Origin: Eledone cirrhosa | Lineage: Eukaryota | DNA length: 64,000 bases | Assembly: GCA_964016885.1 (NCBI GenBank) | Contig: OZ024743.1 | Span: 365,242,001-365,306,000 of the forward strand | Direction of reading: 5' to 3' | Shown: piece by piece, positions 10,965 through 25,062 of the stretch | Position numbering within the stretch: the first letter of the stretch is position 1 | How the letters are laid out: each line of letters begins with the position of its first letter | Made by a program: the position numbers and the translations under genes | The notes under the pieces: generated by a model | Told to the model about the DNA's origin: nothing | The model's database searches: none | What the model saw: only the letters and a program-made list of their open reading frames with translations

Positions 10965-13900
10965 GCAGTAGTAGAATGTAGTTGTTACTGGTGTTGTAGT
11001 AGTAGAGTGTAGTTGTTACTGGTGTTGTAGTAGTAGAGTGTAGTTGTTACTGGTGTTGTAGTAGTAGAATGTAGTTGTTACTGTTGTAGTAGTAGAGTGT
11101 AGTTGTTACTGGTGTTGTAGTAGTGGAGTGTAGTTGTTACTGTAGTAGTAGTAGAGTGTAGTTGTTACTGTTGTAGTAGTAGTAGAGTGTAGTTGTTACT
11201 GTAGTAGTAGTAGAGTGTAGTTGTTACTGTTGTAGTAGTAGAGTGTAGTTGTTACTGTTGTAGTAGTAGAGTGTAGTTGTTACTGTTGTTGTAGTAGTAG
11301 AGTGTAGTTGTTACTGTTGTAGTAGTAGAGTGTAGTTGTTACTGTTGTTGTAGTAGTAGAGTGTAGTTGTTACTGTTGTAGTAGTAGTAGAGTGTAGCTG
11401 TTACTGTTGTAGTAGTAGAGTGTAGTTGTTACTGTTGTAGTAGTAGAGTGTAGTTGTTACTGTTGTAGTAGTAGAGTGTAGTTGTTACTGTTGTTGTAGT
11501 AGAGTGTAGTTGTTACTGTTGTAGTAGTAGTAGAGTGTAGCTGTTACTGTTGTAGTAGTAGAGTGTAGTTGTTACTGTTGTAGTAGTAGAGTGTAGTTGT
11601 TACTGTTGTTGTAGTAGAGTGTAGTTGTTACTGTTGTAGTAGTAGTAGAGTGTAGTTGTTACTGTAGTAGTAGTAGAGTGTAGTTGTTACTGTTGTAGTA
11701 GTAGAGTGTAGTTGTTACTGTTGTAGTAGTAGAGTGTAGTTGTTACTGTTGTAGTAGTAGTAGAGTGTAGTTGTTACTGTTGTAGTAGTAGAGTGTAGTT
11801 GTTACTGTTGTAGTAGTAGTAGAGTGTAGTTGTTACTGTTGTAGTAGTAGAGTGTAGTTGTTACTGTTGTTGTAGTAGTAGAGTGTAGTTGTTACTGTTG
11901 TAGTAGTAGTAGAGTGTAGCTGTTACTGTTGTAGTAGTAGAGTGTAGTTGTTACTGTTGTAGTAGTAGAGTGTAGTTGTTACTGTTGTAGTAGTAGAGTG
12001 TAGTTGTTACTGTTGTAGTAGTAGTAGAGTGTAGTTGTTACTGTTGTACTAGTAGAGTGTAGTTGTTACTGTTGTAGTAGTAGTAGAGTGTAGTTGTTAC
12101 TGTTGTACTAGTAGAGTGTAGTTGTTACTGTTGTAGTAGTAGAGTGTAGTTGTTACTGGTGTTGTAGTAGTAGAGTGTAGTTGTTACTGTTGTAGTAGTA
12201 GAGTGTAGTTGTTACTGTTGTAGTAGTAGAGTGTAGTTGTTACTGTTGTAGTAGTAGAGTATAGTTGTTACTGTTGTAGTAGTAGAGTGTAGTTGTTACT
12301 GTTGTAGTAGTATTAGAGTGTAGTTGTTACTGTTGTTGTAGTAGTAGAGTGTAGTTGTTACTGTTGTAGTAGTAGAGTGTAGTTGTTACTGTTGTAGTAG
12401 TAGAGTGTAGTTGTTACTGTTGTAGTAGTAGTAAAGTGTAGTTGTTACTGTTGTAGTAGTAGAGTGTAGTTGTTACTGTTGTAGTAGTAGAGTGTAGTTG
12501 TTACTGTTGTAGTATTAGAGTGTAGTTGTTACTGTTGTTGTAGTAGTAGAGTGTAGTTGTTACTGTTGTAGTAGTAGAGTGTAGTTGTTACTGTTGTAGT
12601 AGTAGAGTGTAGTTGTTACTGGTGTTGTAGTAGAGTGTAGTTGTTACTGTTGTAGTAGTAGAGTGTAGTTGTTACTGTTGTTGTAGTAGAGTGTAGTTGT
12701 TACTGTTGCAGTAGTAGAGTGTAGTTGTTACTGTTGTTGTAGTAGTAGAGTGTAGTTGTTACTGGTGTTGTAGTAGAGTGTAGTTGTTACTGTTGTAGTA
12801 GTAGAGTGTAGTTGTTACTGTTGTTGTAGTAGAGTGTAGTTGTTACTGTTGCAGTAGTAGAGTGTAGTTGTTACTGTTGTTGTAGTAGTAGAGTGTAGTT
12901 GTTACTGTTGTAGTAGTAGAGTGTAGTTGTTACTGTTGTAGTATTAGAGTGTAGTTGTTACTGTTGTTGTAGTAGTAGAGTGTAGTTGTTACTGTTGTAG
13001 TAGTAGAGTGTAGTTGTTACTGTTGTAGTAGTAGAGTGTAGTTGTTACTGGTGTTGTAGTAGAGTGTAGTTGTTACTGTTGTAGTAGTAGAGTGTAGTTG
13101 TTACTGTTGTTGTAGTAGAGTGTAGTTGTTACTGTTGCAGTAGTAGAGTGTAGTTGTTACTGTTGTAGTAGTAGAGTGTAGTTGTTACTGGTGTTGTAGT
13201 AGAGTGTAGTTGTTACTGTTGTTGTAGTAGAGTGTAGTTGTTACTGTTGTTGTAGTAGAGTGTAGTTGTTACTGTTGCAGTAGTAGAGTGTAGTTGTTAC
13301 TGTTGTAGTAGTAGAGTGTAGTTGTTACTGTTGTAGTAGTAGAGTGTAGTTGTTACTGGTGTTGTAGTAGAGTGTAGTTGTTACTGTTGTAGTAGTAGAG
13401 TGTAGTTGTTACTGTTGTTGTAGTAGTAGAGTGTAGTCGTTACTGTTGTTGTAGTAGAGTGTAGTTGTTACTGTTGTAGTAGTAGAGTGTAGTTGTTACT
13501 GTTGTTGTAGTAGAGTGTAGTTGTTACTGGTGTTGTAGTAGATTGTAGTTGTTACTGTTGTTGTAGTAGAGTGTAGTTGTTACTGTTGTAGTAGTAGAGT
13601 GTAGTCGTTACTGTTGTAGTAGTAGAGTGTAGTTGTTACTGTTGCAGTAGTAGAGTGTAGTTGTTACTGTTGTAGTAGTAGAGTGTAGTCGTTACTGTTG
13701 TAGTAGTAGAGTGTAGTTGTTACTGTTGTAGTAGTAGAGTGTAGTTGTTACTGTTGTTGTAGTAGAGTGTAGTTTTTACTGTTGTAGTAGTAGAGTGTAG
13801 TTGTTACTGTTGTAGTAGTAGAGTGTAGTTGTTACTGTTGCAGTAGTAGAGTGTAGTTGTTACTGTTGTAGTAGTAGAGTGTAGTTGTTACTGTTGTAGT

Positions 13901-16900
13901 AGTAGAGTGTAGTCGTTACTGTTGTAGTAGTAGAGTGTAGTTGTTACTGTTGTAGTAGTAGAGTGTAGTTGTTACTGTTGTTGTAGTAGAGTGTAGTTGT
14001 TACTGTTGCAGTAGTAGAGTGTAGTTGTTACTGTTGTAGTAGTAGAGTGTAGTCGTTACTGTTGTAGTAGTAGAGTGTAGTTGTTACTGTTGTAGTAGTA
14101 GAGTGTAGTTGTTACTGTTGTTGTAGTAGAGTGTAGTTGTTACTGTTGTAGTAGTAGAGTGTAGTTGTTACTGTTGTTGTAGTAGTAGAGTGTAGTTGTT
14201 ACTGTTGTAGTAGTAGAGTGTAGTTGTTACTGTTGTTGTAGTAGAGTGTAGTTGTTACTGTTGTTGTAGTAGATTGTAGTTGTTACTGTTGCAGTAGTAG
14301 AGTGTAGTTGTTACTGTTGTTGTAGTAGAGTGTAGTTGTTACTGTTGTAGTAGTAGAGTGTAGTTGTTACTGGTGTTGTAGTAGATTGTAGTTGTTACTG
14401 TTGCAGTAGTAGAGTGTAGTTGTTACTGTTGTAGTAGTAGAGTGTAGTTGTTACTGTTGTTGTAGTAGAGTGTAGTTGTTACTGTTGTTGTAGTAGAGTG
14501 TAGTTGTTACTGTTGCAGTAGTAGAGTGTAGTTGTTACTGTTGTAGTAGTAGAGTGTAGTTGTTACTGTTGTTGTAGTAGAGTGTAGTTGTTACTGTTGC
14601 AGTAGTAGAGTGTAGTTGTTACTGTTGTAGTAGTAGAGTGTAGTTGTTGCTGGTGTTGTAGTAGAGTGTAGTTGTTACTGTTGCAGTAGTAGAGTGTAGT
14701 TGTTACTGTTGTAGTAGTAGAGTGTAGTTGTTACTGTTGTAGTAAAGTGTAGTTGTTACTGTTGTAGTAGTAGAGTGTAGTTGTTACTGGTGTTGTAGTA
14801 GAGTGTAGTTGTTACTGTTGTTGAAGTACTACAGTGTAGTTGTTACTGTTGTAGTAGTAGAGTGTAGTTGTAACTGGTGTTGTAGTAGAGTGTAGTTGTT
14901 ACTGGTGTTGTAGTAGAGTGTAGTTGTTACTGTTGTTGTAGTAGTAGAGTGTAGTTGTTACTGTTGTAGTAGTAGAGTGTAGTTGTTACTGTTGTTGTAG
15001 TAGAGTGTAGTTGTTACTGTTGTTGTAGTAGAGTGTAGTTGTTACTGTTGTTGTAGTAGTAGAGTGTAGTTGTTACTGTTGTAGTAGTAGAGTGTAGTTG
15101 TTACTGTTGTTGTAGTAGAGTGTAGTTGTTACTGTTGTTGTAGTAGTAGAGTGTAGTTGTTACTGTTGTAGTAGTAGAGTGTAGTTGTTACTGGTGTTGT
15201 AGTAGAGTGTAGTTGTTACTGTTGTTGTTGTAGTAGAGTGTAGTTGTTACTGTTGTAGTAGTAGAATGTAGTTGTTACTGTTGTTGTAGTAGAGTGTAGT
15301 TGTTACTGTTGTTGTAGTAGTAGAGTGTAGTTGTTTCTGTTGTAGTAGTAGAGTGTAGTTGTTACTGGTGTTGTAGTAGAGTGTAGTTGTTACTGTTGTT
15401 GTAGTAGTAGAGTGTAGTTGTTACTGTTGTAGTAGTAGAGTGTAGTTATTACTGGTGTTGTAGTAGAGTGTAGTTGTTACTGTTGTTGTAGTAGAGTGTA
15501 GTTGTTACTGTTGTTGTAGTAGTAGAGTGTAGTTGTTACTGTTGTAGTAGTAGAGTGTAGTTGTTACTGGTGTTGTAGTAGAGTGTAGTTGTTACTGTTG
15601 TTGTAGTAGTAGAGTGTAGTTGTTACTGGTGTTGTAGTAGAGTGTAGTTGTTACTGTTGTAGTAGTAGAGTGTAGTTGTTACTGTTGTAGTAGTAGAGTG
15701 TAGTTGTTACTGTTGTAGTAGTAGAGTGTAGTTGTTACTGTTGTTGTAGTAGTAGAGTGTAGTTGTTACTGTTGTAGTAGTAGAGTGTAGTTGTTACTGT
15801 TGTAGTAGTAGAGTGTAGTTGTTACTGTTGTAGTAGTAGAGTGTAGTTGTTACTGTTGTTGTAGTAGTAGAGTGTAGTTGTTACTGTTGTAGTAGTAGAG
15901 TGTAGTTGTTACTGTTGTAGTAGTAGAGTGTAGTTGTTACTGTTGTAGTAGTAGAGTGTAGTTGTTACTGTTGTAGTAGTAGAGTGTAGTTGTACTGGTG
16001 TTGTAGTAGAGTGTAGTTGTTACTGTTGTTGTAGTAGTAGAGTGTAGTTGTTACTGGTGTTGTAGTAGAGTGTAGTTGTTACTGTTGTAGTAGTAGAGTG
16101 TAGTTGTTACTGTTGTAGTAGTAGTAGAGTGTAGTTGTTACTGTTGTAGTAGTAGAGTGTAGTTGTTACTGTTGTTGTAGTAGAGTGTAGTTGTTACTGT
16201 TGTAGTAGTAGAGTGTAGTTGTTACTGTTGTAGTAGTAGAGTGTAGTTGTTACTGTTGTAGTAGTAGAGTGTAGTTGTTACTGTTGTAGTAGTAGAGTGT
16301 AGTTGTTATTGTTGTAGTAGTAGTAGAGTGTAGTTGTTACTGTTGTAGTAGTAGAGTGTAGTTGTTACTGGTGTTGTAGTAGAGTGTAGTTGTTACTGTT
16401 GTTGTAGTAGAGTGTAGTTGTTACTGTTGTTGTAGTAGAGTGTAGTTGTTACTGTTGTAGTAGTAGAGTGTAGTTGTTACTGTTGTAGTAGTAGAGTGTA
16501 GTTGTTACTGTTGTAGTAGTAGAGTGTAGTTGTTACTGTTGTAGTAGTAGAGTGTAGTTGTTACTGTTGTTGTAGTAGTAGAATGTAGTCGTTACTGGTG
16601 TTGTAGTAGAGTGTAGTTGTTACTGTTGTTGTAGTAGTAGAGTGTAGTTGTTACTGTTGTAGTAGTAGAGTGTAGTTGTTACTGTTGTTGTAGTAGAGTG
16701 TAGTTGTTACTGTTGTAGTAGTAGAGTGTAGTTGTTACTGTTGTTGTAGTAGAGTGTAGTAGTTACTGTTGTAGTAATAGAGTGTAGTTGTTACTGGTGT
16801 TGTAGTAGAGTGTAGTTGTTACTGTTGTTGTAGTAGTAGAGTGTAGTTGTTACTGTTGTAGTAGTAGAGTGTAGTTGTTACTGGTGTTGTAGTAGAGTGT

Positions 16901-19900
16901 AGTTGTTACTGTTGTTGTAGTAGTAGAGTGTAGTTGTTACTGTTGTAGTAGTAGAGTGTAGTTGTTACTGTTGTTGTAGTAGAGTGTAGTTGTTACTGTT
17001 GTAGTAGTAGAGTGTAGTTGTTACTGTTGTTGTAGTAGAGTGTAGTAGTTACTGTTGTAGTAGTAGAGTGTAGTTGTTACTGTTGTAGTAGTAGAGTGTA
17101 GTTGTTACTGTTGTTGTAGTAGAGTGTAGTTGTTACTGTTGTTGTAGTAGAGTGTAGTTGTTACTGTTGTAGTAGTAGAGTGTAGGTGTTACTGTTATAG
17201 TAGTAGAGTGTAGTTGTTACTGTTGTTGTAGTAGTAGAGTGTAGTTGTTACTGTTGTTGTAGTAGAGTGTAGTAGTTACTGTTGTAGTAGTAGAGTGTAG
17301 TTGTTACTGTTGTTGTAGTAGTAGAGTGTAGTTGTTACTGTTGTTGTAGTAGAGTGTAGTAGTTACTGTTGTAGTAGTAGAGTGTAGTTGTTACTGTTGT
17401 AGTAGTAGAGTGTAGTTGTTACTGTTGTTGTAGTAGTAGAGTGTAGTTGTTACTGTTGTTGTAGTAGAGTGTAGTAGTTACTGTTGTAGTAGTAGAGTGT
17501 AGTTGTTACTGTTGTAGTAGTAGAGTGTAGTTGTTACTGTTGTTGTAGTAGTAGAGTGTAGTTGTTACTGTTGTAGTAGTAGAGTGTAGTTGTTAATGTT
17601 GTAGTAGTAGAGTGTAGTTGTTACTGTTGTTGTAGTAGAGTGTAGTAGTTACTGTTGTAGTAGTAGAGTGTAGTTGTTACTGTTGTAGTAGTAGAGTGTA
17701 GTTGTTACTGTTGTTGTAGTAGTAGAGTGTAGTTGTTACTGTTGTAGTAGTAGAGTGTAGTTGTTACTGTTGTAGTAGTAGAGTGTAGTTGTTACTGTTG
17801 TTGTAGTAGAGTGTAGTTGTTACTGTTGTAGTAGTAGAGTGTAGTTGTTACTGTTGTTGTAGTAGAGTGTAGTAGTTACTGTTGTAGTAGTAGAGTGTAG
17901 TTGTTACTGTTGTAGTAGTAGAGTGTAGTTGTTACTGTTGTTGTAGTAGTAGAGTGTAGTTGTTACTGGTGTTGTAGTAGAGTGTAGTTGTTACTGTTGT
18001 AGTAGTAGAGTGTAGTTGTTACTGTTGTTGTAGTAGAGTGTAGTTGTTACTGTTGTTGTAGTAGAGTGTAGTTGTTACAGTTGTAGTAGTAGAGTGTAGT
18101 TGTTACTGTTGTTGTAGTAGAGTGTAGTTGTTACTGTTGTAGTAGTAGAATGTAGTTGTTACTGGTGTTGTAGTAGTAGAGTGTAGTTGTTACTGTTGTT
18201 GTAGTAGTAGAGTGTAGTTGTTACTGTTGTAGTAGTAGAGTGTAGTTGTTACTGTTGTAGTAGTAGAGTGTAGTTGTTACTGTTGTTGAAGTAGTAGAGT
18301 GTAGTTGTTACTGTTGTAGTAGTAGAGTGTAGTTGTTACTGTTGTAGTAGTAGAGTGTAGTTGTTACTGTTGTTGTAGTAGAGTGTAGTTGTTACTGTTG
18401 TTGTAGTAGAGTGTAGTTGTTACTGTTGTTGTAGTAGAGTGTAGTTGTTACTGTTGTTGTAGTAGAGTGTAGTTGTTACAGTTGTAGTAGTAGAGTGTAG
18501 TTGTTACTGTTGTAGTAGTAGAGTGTAGTTGTTACTGTTGTAGTAGTAGAGTGTAGTTGTTACTGTTGTAGTAGTAGAGTGTAGTTGTTACTGGTGTTGT
18601 AGTAGAGTGTAGTTGTTACTGTTGTTGTAGTAGAGTGTAGTTGTTACTGTTGTAGTAGTATAGTGTAGTTGTTACTGTTGTTGTAGTAGTAGAGTGTAGT
18701 TGTTACTGTTGTAGTAGTAGAGTGTAGTTGTTACTGTTGTTGTAGTAGAGTGTAGTTGTTACTGTTGTAGTAGTAGAGTGTAGTTGTTACTGTTGTAGTA
18801 GTAGAGTTTAGTTGTTACTGTGATAGTAGTAGAGTGTAGTTGTTACTGTTGTAGTAGTAGAGTGTAGTTGTTACCAGTGTTGTAGTAGAGTGTAGTTGTT
18901 ACTGTTGTAGTAGTAGAGTGTAGTTGTTACTGGTGTTGTAGTAGAGTGTAGTTGTTACTGTTGTAGTAGTAGAGTGTAGTTGTTACTGTTGTTGTAGTAG
19001 AGTGTAGTTGTTACTGTTGTTGTAGTAGAGTGTAGTTGTTACTGTTGTTGTAGTAGAGTGTAGTTGTTACTGTTGTAGTAGTAGAGTGTAGTTGTTACTG
19101 TTGTAGTAGTAGAGTGTAGTTGTTACTGTTGTTGTAGTAGTAGAGTGTAGTTGTTACTGGTGTTGTAGTAGAGTGTAGTTGTTACTGTTGTTGTAGTAGT
19201 AGAGTGTAGTTGTTACTGTTGTTGTAGTAGTAGAGTGTAGTTGTTACTGGTGTTGTAGTAGAGTGTAGTTGTTACTGTTGTTGTAGTAGTAGAGTGTAGA
19301 TGTTACTGGTGTTGTAGTAGAGTGTAGTTGTTACTGGTGTTGTAGTAGAGTGTAGTTGTTACTGGTGTTGTAGTAGAGTGTAGTTGTTACTGTTGTTGTA
19401 GTAGAGTGTAGTTGTTACTGGTGTTGTAGTAGAGTGTAGTTGTTACTGTTGTAGTAGTAGAGTGTAGTTGTTACTGTTGTTGTAGTAGAGTGTAGTTGTT
19501 ACTGGTGTTGTAGTAGAGTGTAGTTGTTACTGTTGTTGTAGTAGAGTGTAGTTGTTACTGTTGTAGTACTAGAGTGTAGTTGTTACTGTTGTAGTAGTAG
19601 AGTGTAGTTGTTACTATTGTTGTAGTAGTAGAGTGTAGTTGTTACTGTTGTAGTAGTAGAGTGTAGTTGTTACTGTTGTAGTAGTAGAGTGTAGTTGTTA
19701 CTGTTGTAGTAGTAGAGTGTAGTTGTTACTGTTGTAGTAGTAGAGTGTAGTTGTTACTGTTGTAGTAGTAGAGTGTAGTTGTTACTGTTGTAGTAGTAGT
19801 AGAGTGTAGTTGTTACTGTTGTAGTAGTAGAGTGTAGTTGTTACTGTTGTTGTAGTAGAGTGTAGTTGTTACTGTTGTAGTAGTAGAGTGTAGTTGTTAC

Positions 19901-21816
19901 TGTTGTAGTAGTAGTAGAGTGTAGTTGTTACTGGTGTTGTAGTAGAGTGTAGTTGTTACTGTTGTTGTAGTAGAGTGTAGTTTTTACTGTTGTAGTAGTA
20001 GAGTGTAGTTGTTACTGTTGTAGTAGTAGAGTGTAGTTGTTACTGTTGCAGTAGTAGAGTGTAGTTGTTACTGTTGTAGTAGTAGAGTGTAGTTGTTCCT
20101 GTTGTAGTAGTAGAGTGTAGTTGTTACTGTTGTTGTAGTAGTAGAGTGTAGTTGTTACTGGTGTTGTAGTAGAGTGTAGTTGTTACTGTTGCAGTAGTAG
20201 TGTGTAGTTGTTACTGTTGTAGTAGTAGAGTGTAGTTGTTACTGTTGTTGTAGTAGAGTGTAGTTGTTACTGTTGTTGTAGTAGTAGATTGTAGTTGTTA
20301 CTGTTGTTGTAGTAGAGTGTAGTTGTTACTGTTGTTGTAGTAGTAGAGTGTAGTTGTTACTGTTGTTGTAGTAGAGTGTAGTTATTACTGTTGTTGTTGT
20401 AGTAGAGTGTAGTTGTTACTGTTGTTGTTGTAGTAGAGTGTAGTTGTTACTGTTGTTGTAGTAGAGTGTAGTTGTTACTGTTGTAGTTGTAGTAGAGTGT
20501 AGTTGTTACTGTTGTTGTAGTAGAGTGTAGTTGTTACTGTTGTTGTAGTAGTAGAGTGTAGTTGTTACTGGTGTTGTAGTAGAGTGTAGTTGTTACTGGT
20601 GTTGTAGTAGAGTGTAGTTGTTACTGTTGTAGTAGTAGAGTGTAGTTGTTACTGTTGTAGTAGTAGAGTGTAGTTGTTACTGTTGTAGTAGTAGTAGAGT
20701 GTAGTTGTTACTGGTGTTGTAGTAGAGTGTAGTTGTTACTGTTGTTGTAGTAGTAGAGTGTAGTTGTTACTGTTGTTGTAGTAGAATGTAGTTGTTACTG
20801 TTGTTGTAGTAGAGTGTAGTTGTTACTGTTGTAGTAGTAGAGTGTAGTTGTTACTGTTGTTGTAGTAGAGTGTAGTTGTTACTGTTGTAGTAGTAGAGTG
20901 TAGTTGTTACTGTTGTAGTAGTAGTAGAGTGTAGTTGTTACTGTTGTTGTAGTAGTAGAGTGTAGTTGTTACTGTTGTAGTAGTAGAGTGTAGTTGTTAC
21001 TGTTGTTGTAGTAGTAGAGTGTAGTTGTTACTGTTGTAGTAGTAGAGTGTAGTTGTTACTGTTGTAGTAGTAGAGTGTAGTTGTTACTGTTGTTGTAGTA
21101 GTAGAGTGTAGTTGTTACTGTTGTTGTAGTAGAGTGTAGTTGTTACTGTTGTTGTAGTAGTAGAGTGTAGTTGTTACTGTTGTAGTAGTAGAGTGTAGTT
21201 GTTACTGTTGTTGTAGTAGTAGAGTGTAGTTGTTACTGTTGTAGTAGTAGAGTGTAGTTGTTACTGTTGTTGTAGTAGTAGAGTGTAGTTGTTACTGTTG
21301 TAGTAGTAGAGTGTAGTTGTTACTGTTGTTGTAGTAGTAGAGTGTAGTTGTTACTGTTGTAGTAGTAGAGTGTAGTTGTTACTGTTGTAGTAGTAGAGTG
21401 TAGTTGTTACTGTTGTTGTAGTAGTAGAGTGTAGTTGTTACTGTTGTAGTAGTAGAGTGTAGTTGTTACTGTTGTTGTAGTAGTAGAGTGTAGTTGTTAC
21501 TGTTGTAGTAGTAGAGTGTAGTTGTTACTGTTGTAGTAGTAGAGTGTAGTTGTTACTGTTGTTGTAGTAGTAGAGTGTAGTTGTTACTGTTGTTGTAGTA
21601 GAGTGTAGTTGTTACTGTTGTAGTAGTAGAGTGTAGTTGTTACTGTTGTTGTAGTAGAGTGTAGTTGTTACTGTTGTAGTAGTAGAGTGTAGTTGTTACT
21701 GTTGTAGTAGTAGAGTGTAGTTGTTACTGTTGTAGTAGTAGAGTGTAGTTGTTACTGTTGTAGTACTAGAGTGTAGTTGTTACTGTTGTAGTAGTAGAGT
21801 GTAGTTGTTACTGTTG
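10965..21816. repeat. Minisatellite, 28-bp unit GAGTGTAGTTGTTACTGTTGTAGTAGTA with 31-bp (+1 triplet) variants, ~10.9 kb
   Basis: Period counted directly (e.g. 13681 to 13709). Confidence 0.97.
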
Positions 21817-21849
21817 CTGTGGGTATCTATTGCTATTGATTTCTGAAAC

Positions 21850-24800
21850 TGCTGTTGATGTCGTCTGTTATGTTGCTGATAATGTCGTCTGTTATGTTGC
21901 TGTTGATGTCGTCTGTTATGTTGCTGTTGATGTCGTCTGTTATGTTGCTGATGTGTCGTCTGTTATGTCGCTGTTGATGTCGTCTGTTATGTTGCTGTTG
22001 ATGTCGTCTGTTATGTTGCTGTTGATGTCGTCTGTTATGTTGCTGTTGATGTCGTCTGTTATGTTGCTGTTGATGTCGTCTGTTATGTTGCTGTTGATGT
22101 CGTCTGTTATGTTGCTGTTGATGTCGTCTGTTATGTTGCTGTTGTTTTCGTCTGTTATGTTGCTGTTGATGTCGTCTGTTATGTTGCTGTTGATGTCGTC
22201 TGTTATGTTGCTGTTGATGTCGTCTGTTATGTTGCTGTTGATGTCGTCTGTTATGTTGCTGTTGATGTCGTCTGTTATGTTGCTGTTGATGTCGTCTGTT
22301 ATGTTGCTGTTGATGTCGTCTGTTATGTTGCTGTTGATGTCGTCTGTTATGTTGCTGTTGATGTCGTCTGTTATGTTGCTGTTGATGTCGTCTGTTATGT
22401 TGCTGTTGATGTCGCCTGTTATGTTGCTGTCGAAGTCGTCTGTTATGTTGCTGTCGATGTCGTCTGTTATGTTGCTGTTGATGTCGTCTGTTATGTTGCT
22501 GTCGAAGTCATCTGTTATGTTGCTGTTGATGTCGTCTGTTATGTCGCTGTTGATGTCGTCTGTTATGTTGCTGTTGATGTCGTCTGTTATGTTGCTGTTG
22601 ATGTCGTCTGTTATGTTGCTGTTGATGTCGTCTGTTATGTTGCTGATGATGTCGTCTGTTATGTTGCTGTTGATGTCGTCTGTTATGTTGCTGTTGATGT
22701 CGTCTGTTATGTTGCTGTTGATGTCGTCTGTTATGTTGCTGTTGATGTCGTCTGTTATGTTGCTGTTGATGTCGTCTGTTATGTTGCTGTTGATGTCGTC
22801 TGTTATGTTGCTGTTGATGTCGTCTGTTATGTTGCTGATGATGTCGTCTGTTATGTTGCTGTTGTTGTCGTCTGTTATGTTGCTGTTGATGTCGTCTGTT
22901 ATGTTGCTGTTGATGTCGTCTGTTATGTTGCTGTTGATGTCGTCTGTTATGTTGCTGTTGATGTCGTCTGTTATGTTGCTGTTGATGTCGTCTTTTATGT
23001 TGCTGTTGATGTCGTCTGTTATGTTGCTGTTGATGTCGTCTGTTATGTTGCTGATGATGTCGTCTGTTATGTTGCTGTCGAAGTCGTCTGTTATGTTGCT
23101 GTTGATGTCGTCTGTTATGTTGCTGTTGATGTCGTCTGTTATGTTGCTGTTGATGTCGTCTGTTATGTTGCTGTTGATGTCGTCTGTTATGTTGCTGTTG
23201 ATGTCGTCTGTTATGTTGCTGTTGATGTCGTCTGTTATGTTGCTGTTGATGTCGTCTGTTATGTTGCTGTTGATGTCGTCTGTTATGTTGCTGTTGATGT
23301 CGTCTGTTATGTTGCTGTTGATGTCGTCTGTTATGTTGCTGATGTTGTCGTCTGTTATATTGCTGTTGATGTCGTCTGTTATGTTGCTGTTGATGTCGTC
23401 TGTTATGTTGCTGTTGATGTCGTTTGTTATGTTGCCGTTGATGTCGTCTGTTATGTTGCTGTTGATGTCGTCTGTTATGTTGCTGATGGTGTCGTCTGTT
23501 ATGTTGCTGTCGAAGTCGTCTGTTATGTTACTGTTGATGTCGTCTGTTATGTTGCTGTTGATGTCGTCTGTTATGTTGCTGTTGATGTCGTCTGTTATGT
23601 TGCTGTTGATGTCGTCTGTTATGTTGCTGTTGATGTCGTCTGTTATGTTGCTGTTGATGTCGTCTGTTATGTTGCTGTTGATGTCGTCTGTTATGTTGCT
23701 GTTGATGTCGTCTGTTATGTTGCTGTTGATGTCGTCTGCTATGTTGCTGTTGATGTCGTCTGTTATGTTGCTGCTGATGTCGTCTGTTATGTTGCTGTTG
23801 ATGTCGTCTGTTATGTTGCTGTTGATGTCGTCTGTTATGTTGCTGTTGATGTCGTCTGTTATGTTGCTGTTGATGTCGTCTGTTATGTTGCTGTTGATGT
23901 CGTCTGTTATGTTGCTGTTGATGTCGTCTGTTATGTTGCTGATGTGTCGTCTGTTATGTCGCTGTTGATGTCGTCTGTTATGTTGCTGTTGATGTCGTCT
24001 GTTATGTTGCTGATGATGTCGTCTGTTATGTTGCTGTTGATGTCGTCTGTAATGTTGCTGTTGATGTCGTCTGTTATGTTGCTGTTGATGTCGTCTGTTA
24101 TGTTGCTGTTGATGTCGTCTGTTATGTTGCTGTTGATGTCGTCTGTTATGTTGCTGTTGATGTCGTCTGTTATGTTGCTGTTGATGTCGTCTGTTATGTT
24201 GCTGTTGATGTCGTCTGTTATGTTGTTGTTGATGTCGTCTGTTATGTTGCTGTTGATGTCGTCTGTTATGTTGCTGTTGATGTCGTCTGTTATGTTGCTG
24301 ATGATGTCGTCTGTTATGTTGCTGCTGATGTCGTCTGTTATGTTGCTGATGATGTCGTCTGTTATGTTGCTGTTGATGTCGTCTGTTATGTTGCTGTTGA
24401 TGTCGTCTGTTATGTTGCTGTTGATGTCGTCTGTTATGTTGCTGTTGATGTCGTCTGTTATGTTGCTGTTGATGTCGTCTGTTATGTTGCTGTTGATGTC
24501 GTCTGTTATGTTGCTGTTGATGTCGTCTATTATGTTGCTGTTGATGTCGTCTGTTATGTTGTTGTTTATGTCGTCTGTTATGTTGCTGTTGATGTCGTCT
24601 GTTATGTTGCTGTTGATGTCGTCTGTTATGTTGCTGTCGAAGTCGTCTGTTATGTTGCTGTTGATGTCGTCTGTTATGTTGCTGTTGATGTCGTCTGTTA
24701 TGTTGCTGTTGATGTCGTCTGTTATGTTGCTGTTGATGTCGTCTGTTATGTTGCTGTTGATGTCGTCTGTTATGTTGTTGTTGATGTCGTCTGTTATGTT

Positions 24801-25062
24801 GCTGTTGATGTCGTCTGTTATGTTGCTGATGATGTCGTCTGTTATGTTGCTGTCGAAGTCGTCTGTTATGTTGCTGATGATGTCGTCTGTTATGTTGCTG
24901 TTGATGTCGTCTGTTATGTTGCTGTTGATGTCGTCTGTTATGTTGCTGTTGATGTCGTCTGTTATGTTGCTGTTGATGTCGTCTGTTATGTTGCTGTTGA
25001 TGTCGTCTGTTATGTTGCTGTTGATGTCGTCTGTTATGTTGCTGTTGATGACGTCTGTTGAT
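21850..25062. repeat. Minisatellite, 24-bp unit TGTTATGTTGCTGTTGATGTCGTC, ~130 copies
   Basis: Read directly; produces the 8-aa repeat ORFs. Confidence 0.97.

Noticed and set aside
10965-21816. CRISPR-like or telomeric array
   Set aside because: No unique spacers, eukaryotic context, and the unit is not TTAGGG-like.
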